This document shows, piece after piece, positions 19,856 to 28,714 of a DNA stretch of 64,000 nt (its first letter is position 1; each line of letters opens with the position of its first letter). This DNA comes from a virus. The notes under the pieces are model-generated. The model had not been told where the DNA came from and ran no database searches. It worked only from the letters and a program-made list of their open reading frames with translations. The position numbers were made by a program, and so were the translations under genes. The stretch is from the IMG/VR virus record IMGVR_UViG_3300031957_001682, positions 43,633 to 107,632 of that record; one strand, 5' to 3'.

Positions 19856-20479
19856 TCACCTCATACCAATAAAACTGCGACCAAGACTACCAAGCCCTCC
19901 GCCGACTTTTTCCATTACACCTTCATTAGCAAGAGCCGCTGAAAGCGCACCACCCATCATAGACTGTTGAGCGAAAGTTGACAGTTGTTGTTGTTCCATT
20001 TCTGTTTGACTTACTTTCTGTGTAGCGGCGGCTTGAAGATTGGTAAATTGTCCCGTCACATTTTCTGCGCTCATAGTTTGCAAATTTGATGGAAGTGAAG
20101 TCACATCCATTTTCATTGTACCACTTTCTTCGTCAATAGTAAAAGTAGCATTACGAAGAACTTCAAGAACACTGAAACTCACAAGGTTGCTAAACATTTC
20201 AACAAGAGTTCCCATTTGTGGGCTGGCAACATATCGCTCAATAGGAGTAATACCTCGTAAAAGCATAATTTGAATTTCAAGTTCACTTGGAGGTGCTACC
20301 GGTTGTTGAGTAAATTGATTTTGTTGACCACCAAACATTCCTTGCATAATAGGGGCTTGACTCACACCCATCATTTGCTGATTAGCCCACGGATTTTGTT
20401 GTGTTGCGGGTGCGCCTAAATTCAAAGCACCGTTATTCATTGGTGTCGCACTTCCGCCTAATCCCAACATCTCACTCAC
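19856..20479 (-). CDS. Hypothetical Gln/Gly-rich protein of the GTPase operon
   Basis: 207 aa ORF with a C-terminal amphipathic/glycine-rich tail. Confidence 0.6.
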   Translation of the reverse strand: MSEMLGLGGSATPMNNGALNLGAPATQQNPWANQQMMGVSQAPIMQGMFGGQQNQFTQQPVAPPSELEIQIMLLRGITPIERYVASPQMGTLVEMFSNLVSFSVLEVLRNATFTIDEESGTMKMDVTSLPSNLQTMSAENVTGQFTNLQAAATQKVSQTEMEQQQLSTFAQQSMMGGALSAALANEGVMEKVGGGLGSLGRSFIGMR

Positions 20480-21425
20480 CTACCCCAATACTTTCTTGCT
20501 CAAGAGGGTTTTGATTGACTACTTGGGCTACTTGTTGTTGTACAAGTGCTTGAAAAGCCGGTGTTGCTTGTTGTTCTAACGCTAATTCATGTTGAAATAT
20601 ACGCAAATCAAAAGAAACCGTAGTAATGTCATTTTCTCCTGTAATTGGGTTGGTGTAATGATTCACATTGATGCCTTTTGTTTTGCGAGAATCTTTTTCC
20701 AGTTCAGCAAAAAAAGGCTCATATTTTTTCAACATAGTAGGAGTAGGGTCTTTTTTGGTGACAGCCGAAACAGGAACAGTCACAATTGATACACCCTGCT
20801 TGACTCTATCTCGTAGTCGTTTTGGATTTGATTCGTTAATGCGGTCTTCTTCTGCTTCCCACTTAACGAGTAAATGGTATAGATGCATGTGTTCGGGGCA
20901 ATAAGTTCCTCTCATTTTACGACCACTGGTGACTCGCTCTAAAGCCACAAACGCTTCCGGCTCACCTGTCACTGGATTTTGCCAATACATTTCCCAAAGA
21001 CTTCGCCCTGTATCTTCATCGCAAATCTTAGCGTACAAATTATCATATTGAATTAAAGTAGCACAATCACACCCATCGACTACACACACACTTGTTTGTT
21101 TATTGTAGTGGTATTTTCTTCCAAATACCCATCGTAAAGGATTTAAAAGCCCTCGCTTTGAGGGTGTAAGAAGTTTGTACGCTTGCTTAATATCTTTTTT
21201 TCTTGCTTTTTGTGGGTCGGGATGACGACTTGGGTAAAAATTAACTTTAGGAACTTGCAAATTATTTTGACTTGCAACTTTTTGCATTGCGCCTTGTGCT
21301 GTTGCTTGTTCCATTAAAGCGGCATACGAAAGAGTATCATTACCCTGTTGACTTAACGCCATTAAATGTGCTTGGTTTACACTACCGAGATTTGCTTGGT
21401 TTTGTTGACTAAACTGTGGTATCAT
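20472..21425 (-). CDS. Hypothetical Zn-binding protein of the GTPase operon
   Basis: 317 aa ORF with CVVDGCDC and YCPEH motifs. Confidence 0.6.
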   Translation of the reverse strand: MIPQFSQQNQANLGSVNQAHLMALSQQGNDTLSYAALMEQATAQGAMQKVASQNNLQVPKVNFYPSRHPDPQKARKKDIKQAYKLLTPSKRGLLNPLRWVFGRKYHYNKQTSVCVVDGCDCATLIQYDNLYAKICDEDTGRSLWEMYWQNPVTGEPEAFVALERVTSGRKMRGTYCPEHMHLYHLLVKWEAEEDRINESNPKRLRDRVKQGVSIVTVPVSAVTKKDPTPTMLKKYEPFFAELEKDSRKTKGINVNHYTNPITGENDITTVSFDLRIFQHELALEQQATPAFQALVQQQVAQVVNQNPLEQESIGVGE

Positions 21426-21604
21426 TGTTTTTCACCTTTGTACATTTTAAGATAAAAACCATTTTGTAAGTCACCGCAAAGTTCCCATTTGATTTTATCA
21501 CCTGCTGATAATTCTAATAATTCTGCCATTACCGCTGGTATGACGGTTCTAACACATTTACTTTTTTTATTCACGGCAATTACAGTTGTAGTTTTGTTTA
21601 ACAT
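21422..21604 (-). CDS. AbrB/SpoVT-like swapped-hairpin DNA-binding protein
   Basis: RTVIPAVMAELLELSAGDKIKW matches the AbrB pattern. Confidence 0.65.
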   Translation of the reverse strand: MLNKTTTVIAVNKKSKCVRTVIPAVMAELLELSAGDKIKWELCGDLQNGFYLKMYKGEKQ

Positions 21605-21613
21605 ATTTTTCCC

Positions 21614-22330
21614 TCAAGTTGTTAATAAGTCAATCATGGTTTCTTCCACATTCCATCCTATTCGTGTAGCCATAAAAGACCTGCGAGTAGGTATGTTTGC
21701 TTTTTGAAGTCGAATTAAATCATCTCGAAATGCATCAAAGATTTTGTGTTCACCAATGCGGTTTTGTTGCCAAAGCATAGCGGCATTTTCATCAAAAAAT
21801 CGGTCGGCTTTGTTAGCCACAAGCATAACTAAACGAGGTGCGTACTTTTTACCCTTCCAACGACTTTTGAAGTTTCTATACCGATATGAGCGATTGATTA
21901 AACTATCAACAAGATACTTGAAGCCAGCAATTTGTTGCAATGCTTCTTCACCACCTTTTATTGCCCTGTCATCAAAAACAAATAAAACGGCTTCAACTTG
22001 TCTTCCTACCATATCGTCAATCCAAAGATTCCAAAACCGTTCTTGTCCTCCTACATCGGATGAATACACCACTCGCTTTTGTCCTTTCCAAGAAATGCGT
22101 TTACGAGTTGCTTTAGGCATCATGTATCGACCAAGTAATTTCATGTGTGAAGTTCGCTCTTCATCACTTATTTCTTCCATTTCACCCGGAGTTGTCATGT
22201 ATCGGTCAAGTGTAGTTTTACCTACCATTGCCGCTCCATAGACACCTACTTTTCTTGGTCGCCAAGAGTTGTATAACATTTGACCATAAAGAGCCGCACC
22301 TACAAGTGCTGAACCTGCTGGGTCAACCAT
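21614..22330 (-). CDS. Ras-superfamily small GTPase, Arf/Sar1-like
   Basis: G1 GAAMVGKTT, G3 DVGGQERFWNLW, VLFVFD, G4 NKAD; N-terminal hydrophobic/amphipathic helix. Confidence 0.85.
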   Translation of the reverse strand: MVDPAGSALVGAALYGQMLYNSWRPRKVGVYGAAMVGKTTLDRYMTTPGEMEEISDEERTSHMKLLGRYMMPKATRKRISWKGQKRVVYSSDVGGQERFWNLWIDDMVGRQVEAVLFVFDDRAIKGGEEALQQIAGFKYLVDSLINRSYRYRNFKSRWKGKKYAPRLVMLVANKADRFFDENAAMLWQQNRIGEHKIFDAFRDDLIRLQKANIPTRRSFMATRIGWNVEETMIDLLTT

Positions 22331-22583
22331 TTAACTTCCCCCATATCCAATCTGCAAGATTTTGTACTTTTTTCCAAACCCATTCAACGGTGTTTTCCCA
22401 AAAAGATTCACCTGTGGTTAGTTCCCATAGACTGATTATCAATGCAGTAATAAAACAAAAAAAGACTGTTCTTATCCAACCGATTCCTTTTTCGTAATAT
22501 GTGTCAAGAGTGTTTTGAGTGTGCATTGCACGAAGTGTGGCCTCGGTTGAATCATCAGTAGGGGTTTTGAAGATACGACCCAT
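22323..22583 (-). CDS. Small membrane protein
   Basis: 86 aa with one TM helix and a Trp-rich amphipathic C-terminal helix; overlaps the GTPase start. Confidence 0.6.
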   Translation of the reverse strand: MGRIFKTPTDDSTEATLRAMHTQNTLDTYYEKGIGWIRTVFFCFITALIISLWELTTGESFWENTVEWVWKKVQNLADWIWGKLNG

Positions 22584-22592
22584 TTAACCAAC

Positions 22593-23123
22593 TCACTTTT
22601 TCTTTTCTTCTTCTTCTTTTATACCAAGATTAATTGGTTGTTTTACTTCTGCTTCATGATTTGGAATACCCGGATTAAATTTTTCAGCGTCATGCTGTGA
22701 AATTAACGACTGTGAACCACCCGGTACACCCCAACTTGGAGGCATTTTACCGGGGTTCATTTCCATCCAGCGCAATTCTTGTTCAAGTTGTGCTTCTTGC
22801 ATACGCATTTCCATATCATTGCGTCGATTATCAAAACTAAGTTGCATTTGGCGGTATCGGTCTTGCCTACTCTTCTCAACTTGTGTTGTTCGTACTCTTT
22901 CTTGCATGTTTTGTTCAAAAAACATCTTAAAAAAGTAATATGCAATACCTTGAACAAAAAATGCCGCCATAGCATAAGTAAAACCATTTAACATTGGTGT
23001 ATCGCTAATTAACCATAATTCTGCATCAAAAACACCAATTGCGATACCTACTAATGCCGATTGAGCCAAAATTAGCCCCATAAGTCGTATTTCTGCGTCC
23101 GAGTCTTGCCTGTTGCCTTGCAT
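22593..23123 (-). CDS. Two-TM membrane protein with coiled-coil cytoplasmic domain
   Basis: 176 aa with two N-terminal hydrophobic helices followed by a Q/E/R-rich coiled coil. Confidence 0.65.
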   Translation of the reverse strand: MQGNRQDSDAEIRLMGLILAQSALVGIAIGVFDAELWLISDTPMLNGFTYAMAAFFVQGIAYYFFKMFFEQNMQERVRTTQVEKSRQDRYRQMQLSFDNRRNDMEMRMQEAQLEQELRWMEMNPGKMPPSWGVPGGSQSLISQHDAEKFNPGIPNHEAEVKQPINLGIKEEEEKKK

Positions 23124-23171
23124 GTTGCTCGTTATTGGTCAATTTGGAAGCCAATATAAGCATTTCGCTAT

Positions 23172-23303
23172 AATTGTCATCATTGTCATAATACCATTCA
23201 AAATAATGAGTAGTATTACTATATATTTAGTGTAGGGGGGTGAAAATGACAAACATTAGTCAATTTGTTGACTACGATGATGACAATTATGACAATTGAC
23301 AAT
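23172..23303. repeat. Non-coding TGACAA/TTGTCA iteron-like element A around an AT-rich core
   Basis: TTGTCA at 23174 and 23183; TGACAA at 23247, 23281, 23290 and 23297; AT-rich centre. Confidence 0.6.
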
Positions 23304-26011
23304 CAAAGTAAGGTTCCTTTGTCCTTGAAATGCCTCGCTCGGTTGGTATGAGGGTCTTCGGGAACAATAGTGTGCTGGCTGGTGTGGCTCATGTCCGGTC
23401 CACCCTGTCCCATAATGTGTCGTTGTCGGCGTTCACGGTTAAGTTCCTCTCGATACTTCACACGCTCCGGGCTGGACTCGTACTTCTTGTCGTACTCCAA
23501 CTTATGCCGCTTGGCTTCGGGGCTTACACGCTCTTTAAGTAATCGCATAGCAATCTCCATTGGTTCGCCTTGCTGTATCATTTGCGGTTGTTGAGATTGT
23601 AAATGATTCCAATACTCATAGGTATCGGGTCTATGTTGTAGCATTTCATTAACCCCCGTTTGATTTGATTGGTCCGATTGATGTGCACCATATTCATGAG
23701 CATACACTCTTGCTTGATTAGCCAACGCAACTCTTTGTTTTTCAGCATCCATTTCGGCTTGGTTTGTAGGTTTGGTCTTTAATCTTTGTAAAAAAGAGGC
23801 TCCTTGCATATCTGTAGGATATTCGGGTTTTACTTGAGATTGTAATGGCCCATGTTGTTGTTCTGCCCATTCATTTATTTCGGGGTTAATTAGACTGTGC
23901 GTATATTCATGCCCAAGAGTGTTTGCTAATCCTTGTATAGATTCATCACTGTCGTTTATACCACGCACATCAGCCCCAATAAAATCCCCATTTGATTGAA
24001 GTCGTGGTTGAGAGCCACCGGTTGTGTAATCACCTTTATTTTGAATTTCTTGCACAGTATTTTTATCCACTCCACTCATTCGATTCATAGTTTGATTGCG
24101 AGGTATTGATAGCAATGCTTCATTGCTAATATCGGCAGGTGTATAAAATCCCTGCATACCTTCTTCGTCATCACCAATATAGAACTCTTTGAGCAAACGC
24201 ATAGCAATATCCATTGGTTCGCCTTGCTGTATCATTTGCGGCTGTTGTACTTGCGGCTGTTGTACTTGCGGCTGTTGTACTTGCGGCTGTTGTACTTGCG
24301 GCTGTTGTAATGGTAATTGTTGTTGATTTGGGTCTGTTGGTTGTACAACTGGGTTAGGTTGCATGTATTGAGCCATTCGTTGATTATAGTCATCCGTAAT
24401 TTGTTCACGATTTTTCCCCCATCTCATTCTGTATGGCTCTTTAGGTCTAACTTCACCTCTTTGATTTGTTTGTTGAAGATTGGGTGTATCAATTTCTGTA
24501 TTTTCTCTTTGTGCTATTTGCCCTCCTATTGATAAAGCGGGTTGTGACATGGCTGTATTTATCTCATTTTGGTTATTTGTTCTCGCATGTGCTGTGTTTT
24601 CTAATACTGAATTTGTAATGGGTGTATTGGTTAAAAATTGTCTTGGTATATTTCCACCGTAATGTGTTGCATCACTAAAATCAACTGTTTGTCCTTGCGC
24701 TGTTTTAAAATTATGACTTGGGCCTATGAAATTTGGATGGTTTTGGTCGAAAGCGGCTTGTCTTATTGCTAATAATTTAGGTTTGGAGTGTGTACCTCCA
24801 CCATGATGACCCACACTTCTATCAATTGCATAACTAAGTGCTTCCGAAGGATTTGTACTCATGGTGCGGTAATTATCACTATGTGTTTTTAAACCATCTC
24901 CACCCATTATTTTTCTTGCATCATCACCCGTAGTTCCGTGATAAGCAACTACAGGGCCGTAAGGTGAAGGAAAGTCTTCATGATGCTCGCCTAAATTAGT
25001 TTGATATTTAAGCAACCGCATAGCGAGGTCCATTGGTTCGCTTCTATAGAATTGTGTTGGGTTTTTTAATGCACCCGGAATTGCAGTTAATTGGTCATCG
25101 AGTAATTGCATTTGTTCGGGCGAAGTATGTGTTTCATCTAATTCTGCTACACGCCCCGATGGTCCCATAGTTCGTTCCCATTGTTGAAAAGTACCATGTA
25201 ATGGGTCCATACCCCCACCTATGTTTCCTGTTAAATCGTTGAGGTTTTCTGTTATAGAAGAAATTACTTTTCCATCCGGTCCTATTTTTGTTGGTACAAT
25301 ATCTTGGAATGATTTTATACCATAGGCTCTTGCTGTTTGTGGGTCAATTAAAGCACCCGGAATTTCAGCATCCATTATCATTTGGGCAAGTTCACGAGCA
25401 CGATGACGCTGTGCTCCTTCCAGTCCTATTCTTGATGGAGGGGCATCTTTACTTCTTGGTAAAAACATACTTGCGGCTCTTTGAAGGTCATAAAGCATAA
25501 ATGGGTTTTTGTTAAGTCGGCGTACACTGTCTTCTTCTAAATCACCATAAATGATTCCTTCGGGGTCTTGATTTTTACCGTATCTTTCCGGTGTACTTTC
25601 AAAACCATACAAATTTAAAGGCCATGCTCTTTTACTTTCGGGTACATCAACAAATTCGCTACCTTGTCTTGGTGTTAAACCCATTGCATGACTCGGAAAA
25701 ACAAACCTTCCTCCAAGTGGCTCATCAGTCATTATGGTTTCAAGTGGTAGTTCTTCCCCTCGACCCATTTCTAAATTATGGTCCCTAAAACTTGTATTTT
25801 CACGATTGGCAAGTTTTCTTGCTAAATGTAAATTTTTACTTGGGTGGTATTTACTGGTATTTTGTGCAGAAGTTAATCTAAGTGACCTATTTGGAGAGTA
25901 TCTTTGGTGAAAACCAGCCATAAGTTCATCGAATTTTCGCTCATTATACTCACGAATAATTTCATCCCAACGCTCATTTTGGTTTTTAAGAAGGAGGAAA
26001 GCCTGTTCCAT
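23303..26011 (-). CDS. Tag-delimited polyprotein: unknown module, ADP-ribosyltransferase-like, zincin metallopeptidase-like, HNH-like
   Basis: Four EPM(D/E)xA(M/F)xLLK tags. Module motifs: YHGT...STNPSEALSYA; HEYTH plus HEYGAH; DMSH...NRARH. Start is ATG 26011 or upstream, up to 26038. Confidence 0.75.
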   Translation of the reverse strand: MEQAFLLLKNQNERWDEIIREYNERKFDELMAGFHQRYSPNRSLRLTSAQNTSKYHPSKNLHLARKLANRENTSFRDHNLEMGRGEELPLETIMTDEPLGGRFVFPSHAMGLTPRQGSEFVDVPESKRAWPLNLYGFESTPERYGKNQDPEGIIYGDLEEDSVRRLNKNPFMLYDLQRAASMFLPRSKDAPPSRIGLEGAQRHRARELAQMIMDAEIPGALIDPQTARAYGIKSFQDIVPTKIGPDGKVISSITENLNDLTGNIGGGMDPLHGTFQQWERTMGPSGRVAELDETHTSPEQMQLLDDQLTAIPGALKNPTQFYRSEPMDLAMRLLKYQTNLGEHHEDFPSPYGPVVAYHGTTGDDARKIMGGDGLKTHSDNYRTMSTNPSEALSYAIDRSVGHHGGGTHSKPKLLAIRQAAFDQNHPNFIGPSHNFKTAQGQTVDFSDATHYGGNIPRQFLTNTPITNSVLENTAHARTNNQNEINTAMSQPALSIGGQIAQRENTEIDTPNLQQTNQRGEVRPKEPYRMRWGKNREQITDDYNQRMAQYMQPNPVVQPTDPNQQQLPLQQPQVQQPQVQQPQVQQPQVQQPQMIQQGEPMDIAMRLLKEFYIGDDEEGMQGFYTPADISNEALLSIPRNQTMNRMSGVDKNTVQEIQNKGDYTTGGSQPRLQSNGDFIGADVRGINDSDESIQGLANTLGHEYTHSLINPEINEWAEQQHGPLQSQVKPEYPTDMQGASFLQRLKTKPTNQAEMDAEKQRVALANQARVYAHEYGAHQSDQSNQTGVNEMLQHRPDTYEYWNHLQSQQPQMIQQGEPMEIAMRLLKERVSPEAKRHKLEYDKKYESSPERVKYREELNRERRQRHIMGQGGPDMSHTSQHTIVPEDPHTNRARHFKDKGTLL
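24236..24309. repeat. 15-bp tandem repeat x5 (TTGCGGCTGTTGTAC), encoding a QQPQV linker
   Basis: Seen directly in the sequence. Confidence 0.9.
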
Positions 26012-26091
26012 TGGCTCTAACTCTCTACGCATACGCACCAGTTGGTGGTAAAAAGCGATACCATTTAGAATGCTCGCCCGCTACGAGAGTC

Positions 26092-27609
26092 ATGGGCCGA
26101 CATGTTGCTGTGCGTAAAGCACCTACTCCGGCTGATGCTGGGGGTGCAGTTGCAGGTCGAGCCGCCGGAGGCGGTATAGGTAGTGCCATAGGTGGTGTTT
26201 TAGGTTCTATTATCCCCGGTGCTGGCACTGCGGCTGGTGCTTCTGCTGGTGGTGCAGTTGGTGGTGCAGTTGGTGGTGCAGTTGGAAAAGTTGGTGCTAA
26301 GAAAATTGCTGTTGGAGCCGCTGAAATGGCACAAAATCAAGCCAATGCTCAAGCCGCTCAATCACAACAAACCATGCAGAATAACATTCAAAGCGCAAAG
26401 GACACGGCTCAACAAGCCAAAGACCAAGCCGGTATCGAAAAGGCTTGGAAGTTTCCAGCAAGAATGATGCACCCGGAATTTAAATCATATCGGGATAGCA
26501 TTATTGAGCGGGCTAAAAAAGCACCTCGACAAGATGAAGATTTTCGTCAAAACCAGCATTGGAATGAACGCATGGGTCATAAAGAAGGCAGACCCCAAGA
26601 GGCTCGCTACATTCCAAACCAACACTTTGAACATGAAGATGAAGTACACAACATTACTCCATTTCAAGTTGCTTATGCTACATTGCAACACATGAAAGAA
26701 AATAGGTTAATTGATGAAGACAATCACGATGCTGTAGCATTGCGGGAATTACTTCATACTGACCAACCACACCCCGACCCTAATCAAATGGAAAGTGGTA
26801 TGGCTCACATATTTTCTCCTGTAATGGATATTAGGACTATGAGGGGTAAATCAGCACACGCTCAACCATTTATTGACCCAAAGGGTGCAAAAACACAGCA
26901 TATTTACGCACAAGATGTAGTAAAACCCGATAATCTTTCATATTCATCACAAGAAAAAATTGCTGTGCGACCAAAATCAATTGTAAATGAATATATGCCC
27001 GGTAAAAGAGCAAAACCAAGTGAAGAAGAACTTATTGACAGTTTTATTGACACTCCGGCAAGTAAATTACAAAGAAATTTTGGTATTGAAGACAATAGAC
27101 TTGCAGGGCAAGAATATATTGCTCAAAGAAAATATGAAAAAGAACAAGCCAAACAACAAGCGGCTCAACAGGCTCAACAAGAAGCACAGGCTAAAGAAGA
27201 ACAATTTCAACAACAACCAATAACAGTAAATGATATGGGCGGTGTGTACTTTGTCACAGACCCCGCTTACGGTTATAATGGTGAAATGATGGATTATCAA
27301 CAATTAGTTCAAGGTGGGTATGACAAATATCTTAACAATGATAACAAAAGTGAACCAATGGACTTAGCGTGGCAAATGTTGTTTAAAGCGGGTGTTGAAG
27401 TTCACCACGATGAACCACTGCCGCAAGAGTTTACTCAAGACATTACTACACTTGACCGTCAACACAAAATGGTTCCAACAGAAAACGGCACTATGATTGA
27501 CAATATCAGCCCACACATGCTCCGTACCATTGAACTAATGGCGCAAAATCACAAAGATGATGATACTTTCACACCTAAACCATTTAAAATGCCTACAACT
27601 TTTCATTGA
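26092..27609 (+). CDS. Modular protein: N-terminal glycine zipper, unknown module, EPMDLAWQMLFK tag, short C-terminal module
   Basis: GxxxG repeats at the N-terminus; tag at 27352-27387; transcribed divergently from the polyprotein. Confidence 0.65.
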   Translation: MGRHVAVRKAPTPADAGGAVAGRAAGGGIGSAIGGVLGSIIPGAGTAAGASAGGAVGGAVGGAVGKVGAKKIAVGAAEMAQNQANAQAAQSQQTMQNNIQSAKDTAQQAKDQAGIEKAWKFPARMMHPEFKSYRDSIIERAKKAPRQDEDFRQNQHWNERMGHKEGRPQEARYIPNQHFEHEDEVHNITPFQVAYATLQHMKENRLIDEDNHDAVALRELLHTDQPHPDPNQMESGMAHIFSPVMDIRTMRGKSAHAQPFIDPKGAKTQHIYAQDVVKPDNLSYSSQEKIAVRPKSIVNEYMPGKRAKPSEEELIDSFIDTPASKLQRNFGIEDNRLAGQEYIAQRKYEKEQAKQQAAQQAQQEAQAKEEQFQQQPITVNDMGGVYFVTDPAYGYNGEMMDYQQLVQGGYDKYLNNDNKSEPMDLAWQMLFKAGVEVHHDEPLPQEFTQDITTLDRQHKMVPTENGTMIDNISPHMLRTIELMAQNHKDDDTFTPKPFKMPTTFH

Positions 27610-27675
27610 GGGATAGTATGGAATGGCGTTATTGGGCTGATGCTGTACTTGCTGTTTGTTTAATTCCTATTTTAC

Positions 27676-28521
27676 TCATTGCAATAACGGTACTTTATGT
27701 TCCTTTTCGTTTAATGCAATTTGTTGTGCGATAGTTGATGCAACTTTAAGTGTGTCAATGCACACACCGGTTTCAAAACCCCATACATTAAGATGCAATA
27801 CCAGTGTTTCGGTTGACAAGTTTGCTCCACTATTGTCAACAAACGGACAACCGCCGAGTCCACCGATGCTTGAGTCAAACTCACGAACACCAGCCATAAG
27901 ACCCGCACGAATTAGTTGCAATGCTTTTTCTTCGTCACCTTTGTGATGTAAATGCAATGCGGGAGTCATACCTTCGAGTATAGCCATCTCGGACCACAAA
28001 TGTACCTCTTCTCTTGTTCCTACCCCCACTGTATCAGCAAACACTACAGTATTGCCAAACATTTTTGCATCTTTAATGCACGATTGCATGGTTAATGGGG
28101 AAACTTGACCACTGAATGGACTACCAAACGCCATGCTGATGTACACACGCACATTTTCCTTTGGTGTTTTATCCAAGAATGTTTTGTACATCAACACAAG
28201 TTCACTTCGGGTTTTTCGCATGTTTTTCATGTTGAAGGTTTCACACGGGCTAATGACTATGTTGATTTTTTTAGCACCAACAGCAATGGCTCGGTCAAAA
28301 CCACGCTTGTTCATGACAAGCGCACCGCCACGCTGATACACTTTTTCAGCATCAGCCATTTGCGGCACAAGTTTTGGGTGTGCAAAACTAACTTCTTCAA
28401 TTTCTGTCAAGCCAGCGTCGTATAATGCATCAATAAGTTCGGTTTTTTTAGAAGTGGGTATTGGAAATTTAAGTGATTGCAAACCGTCACGAGGGCCAAC
28501 CTCGTACACGGTCACTTTCAT
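27676..28521 (-). CDS. hmgL: Hydroxymethylglutaryl-CoA lyase (auxiliary metabolic gene)
   Basis: EVGPRDGLQ, SFxHPKLVPQMAD, ADTVG, metal-binding HxH (LHLH) and GLGGCPF (catalytic Cys): the DRE-TIM HMG-CoA lyase signature. Confidence 0.9.
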   Translation of the reverse strand: MKVTVYEVGPRDGLQSLKFPIPTSKKTELIDALYDAGLTEIEEVSFAHPKLVPQMADAEKVYQRGGALVMNKRGFDRAIAVGAKKINIVISPCETFNMKNMRKTRSELVLMYKTFLDKTPKENVRVYISMAFGSPFSGQVSPLTMQSCIKDAKMFGNTVVFADTVGVGTREEVHLWSEMAILEGMTPALHLHHKGDEEKALQLIRAGLMAGVREFDSSIGGLGGCPFVDNSGANLSTETLVLHLNVWGFETGVCIDTLKVASTIAQQIALNEKEHKVPLLQ

Positions 28522-28673
28522 TCAATTCCCTTCCTCATACCGTTCCAGCACCCTTCTTCCAATTCTTCTTTAGTAGAAAAGTAAATTACATCACTACCGA
28601 GGTCATCAAATAAAAACCATACAAAAGCAAAACCCGCAATAAAAGCAAGTCCAAAAAAAAGCCACAAACTCAT
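28518..28673 (-). CDS. Small single-TM protein
   Basis: MSLWLFFGLAFIAGFAFVWFLF...; ATGA overlap with hmgL. Confidence 0.45.
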   Translation of the reverse strand: MSLWLFFGLAFIAGFAFVWFLFDDLGSDVIYFSTKEELEEGCWNGMRKGIE

Positions 28674-28714
28674 GTTGTAAGACAGTGCGGTGTAGAAATT
28701 AAACCTTTCGCTAA

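Noticed and set aside
21422-21604. AbrB protein as the antitoxin of a toxin-antitoxin pair
   Set aside because: No neighbouring PIN, MazF or Doc-like toxin could be recognised.
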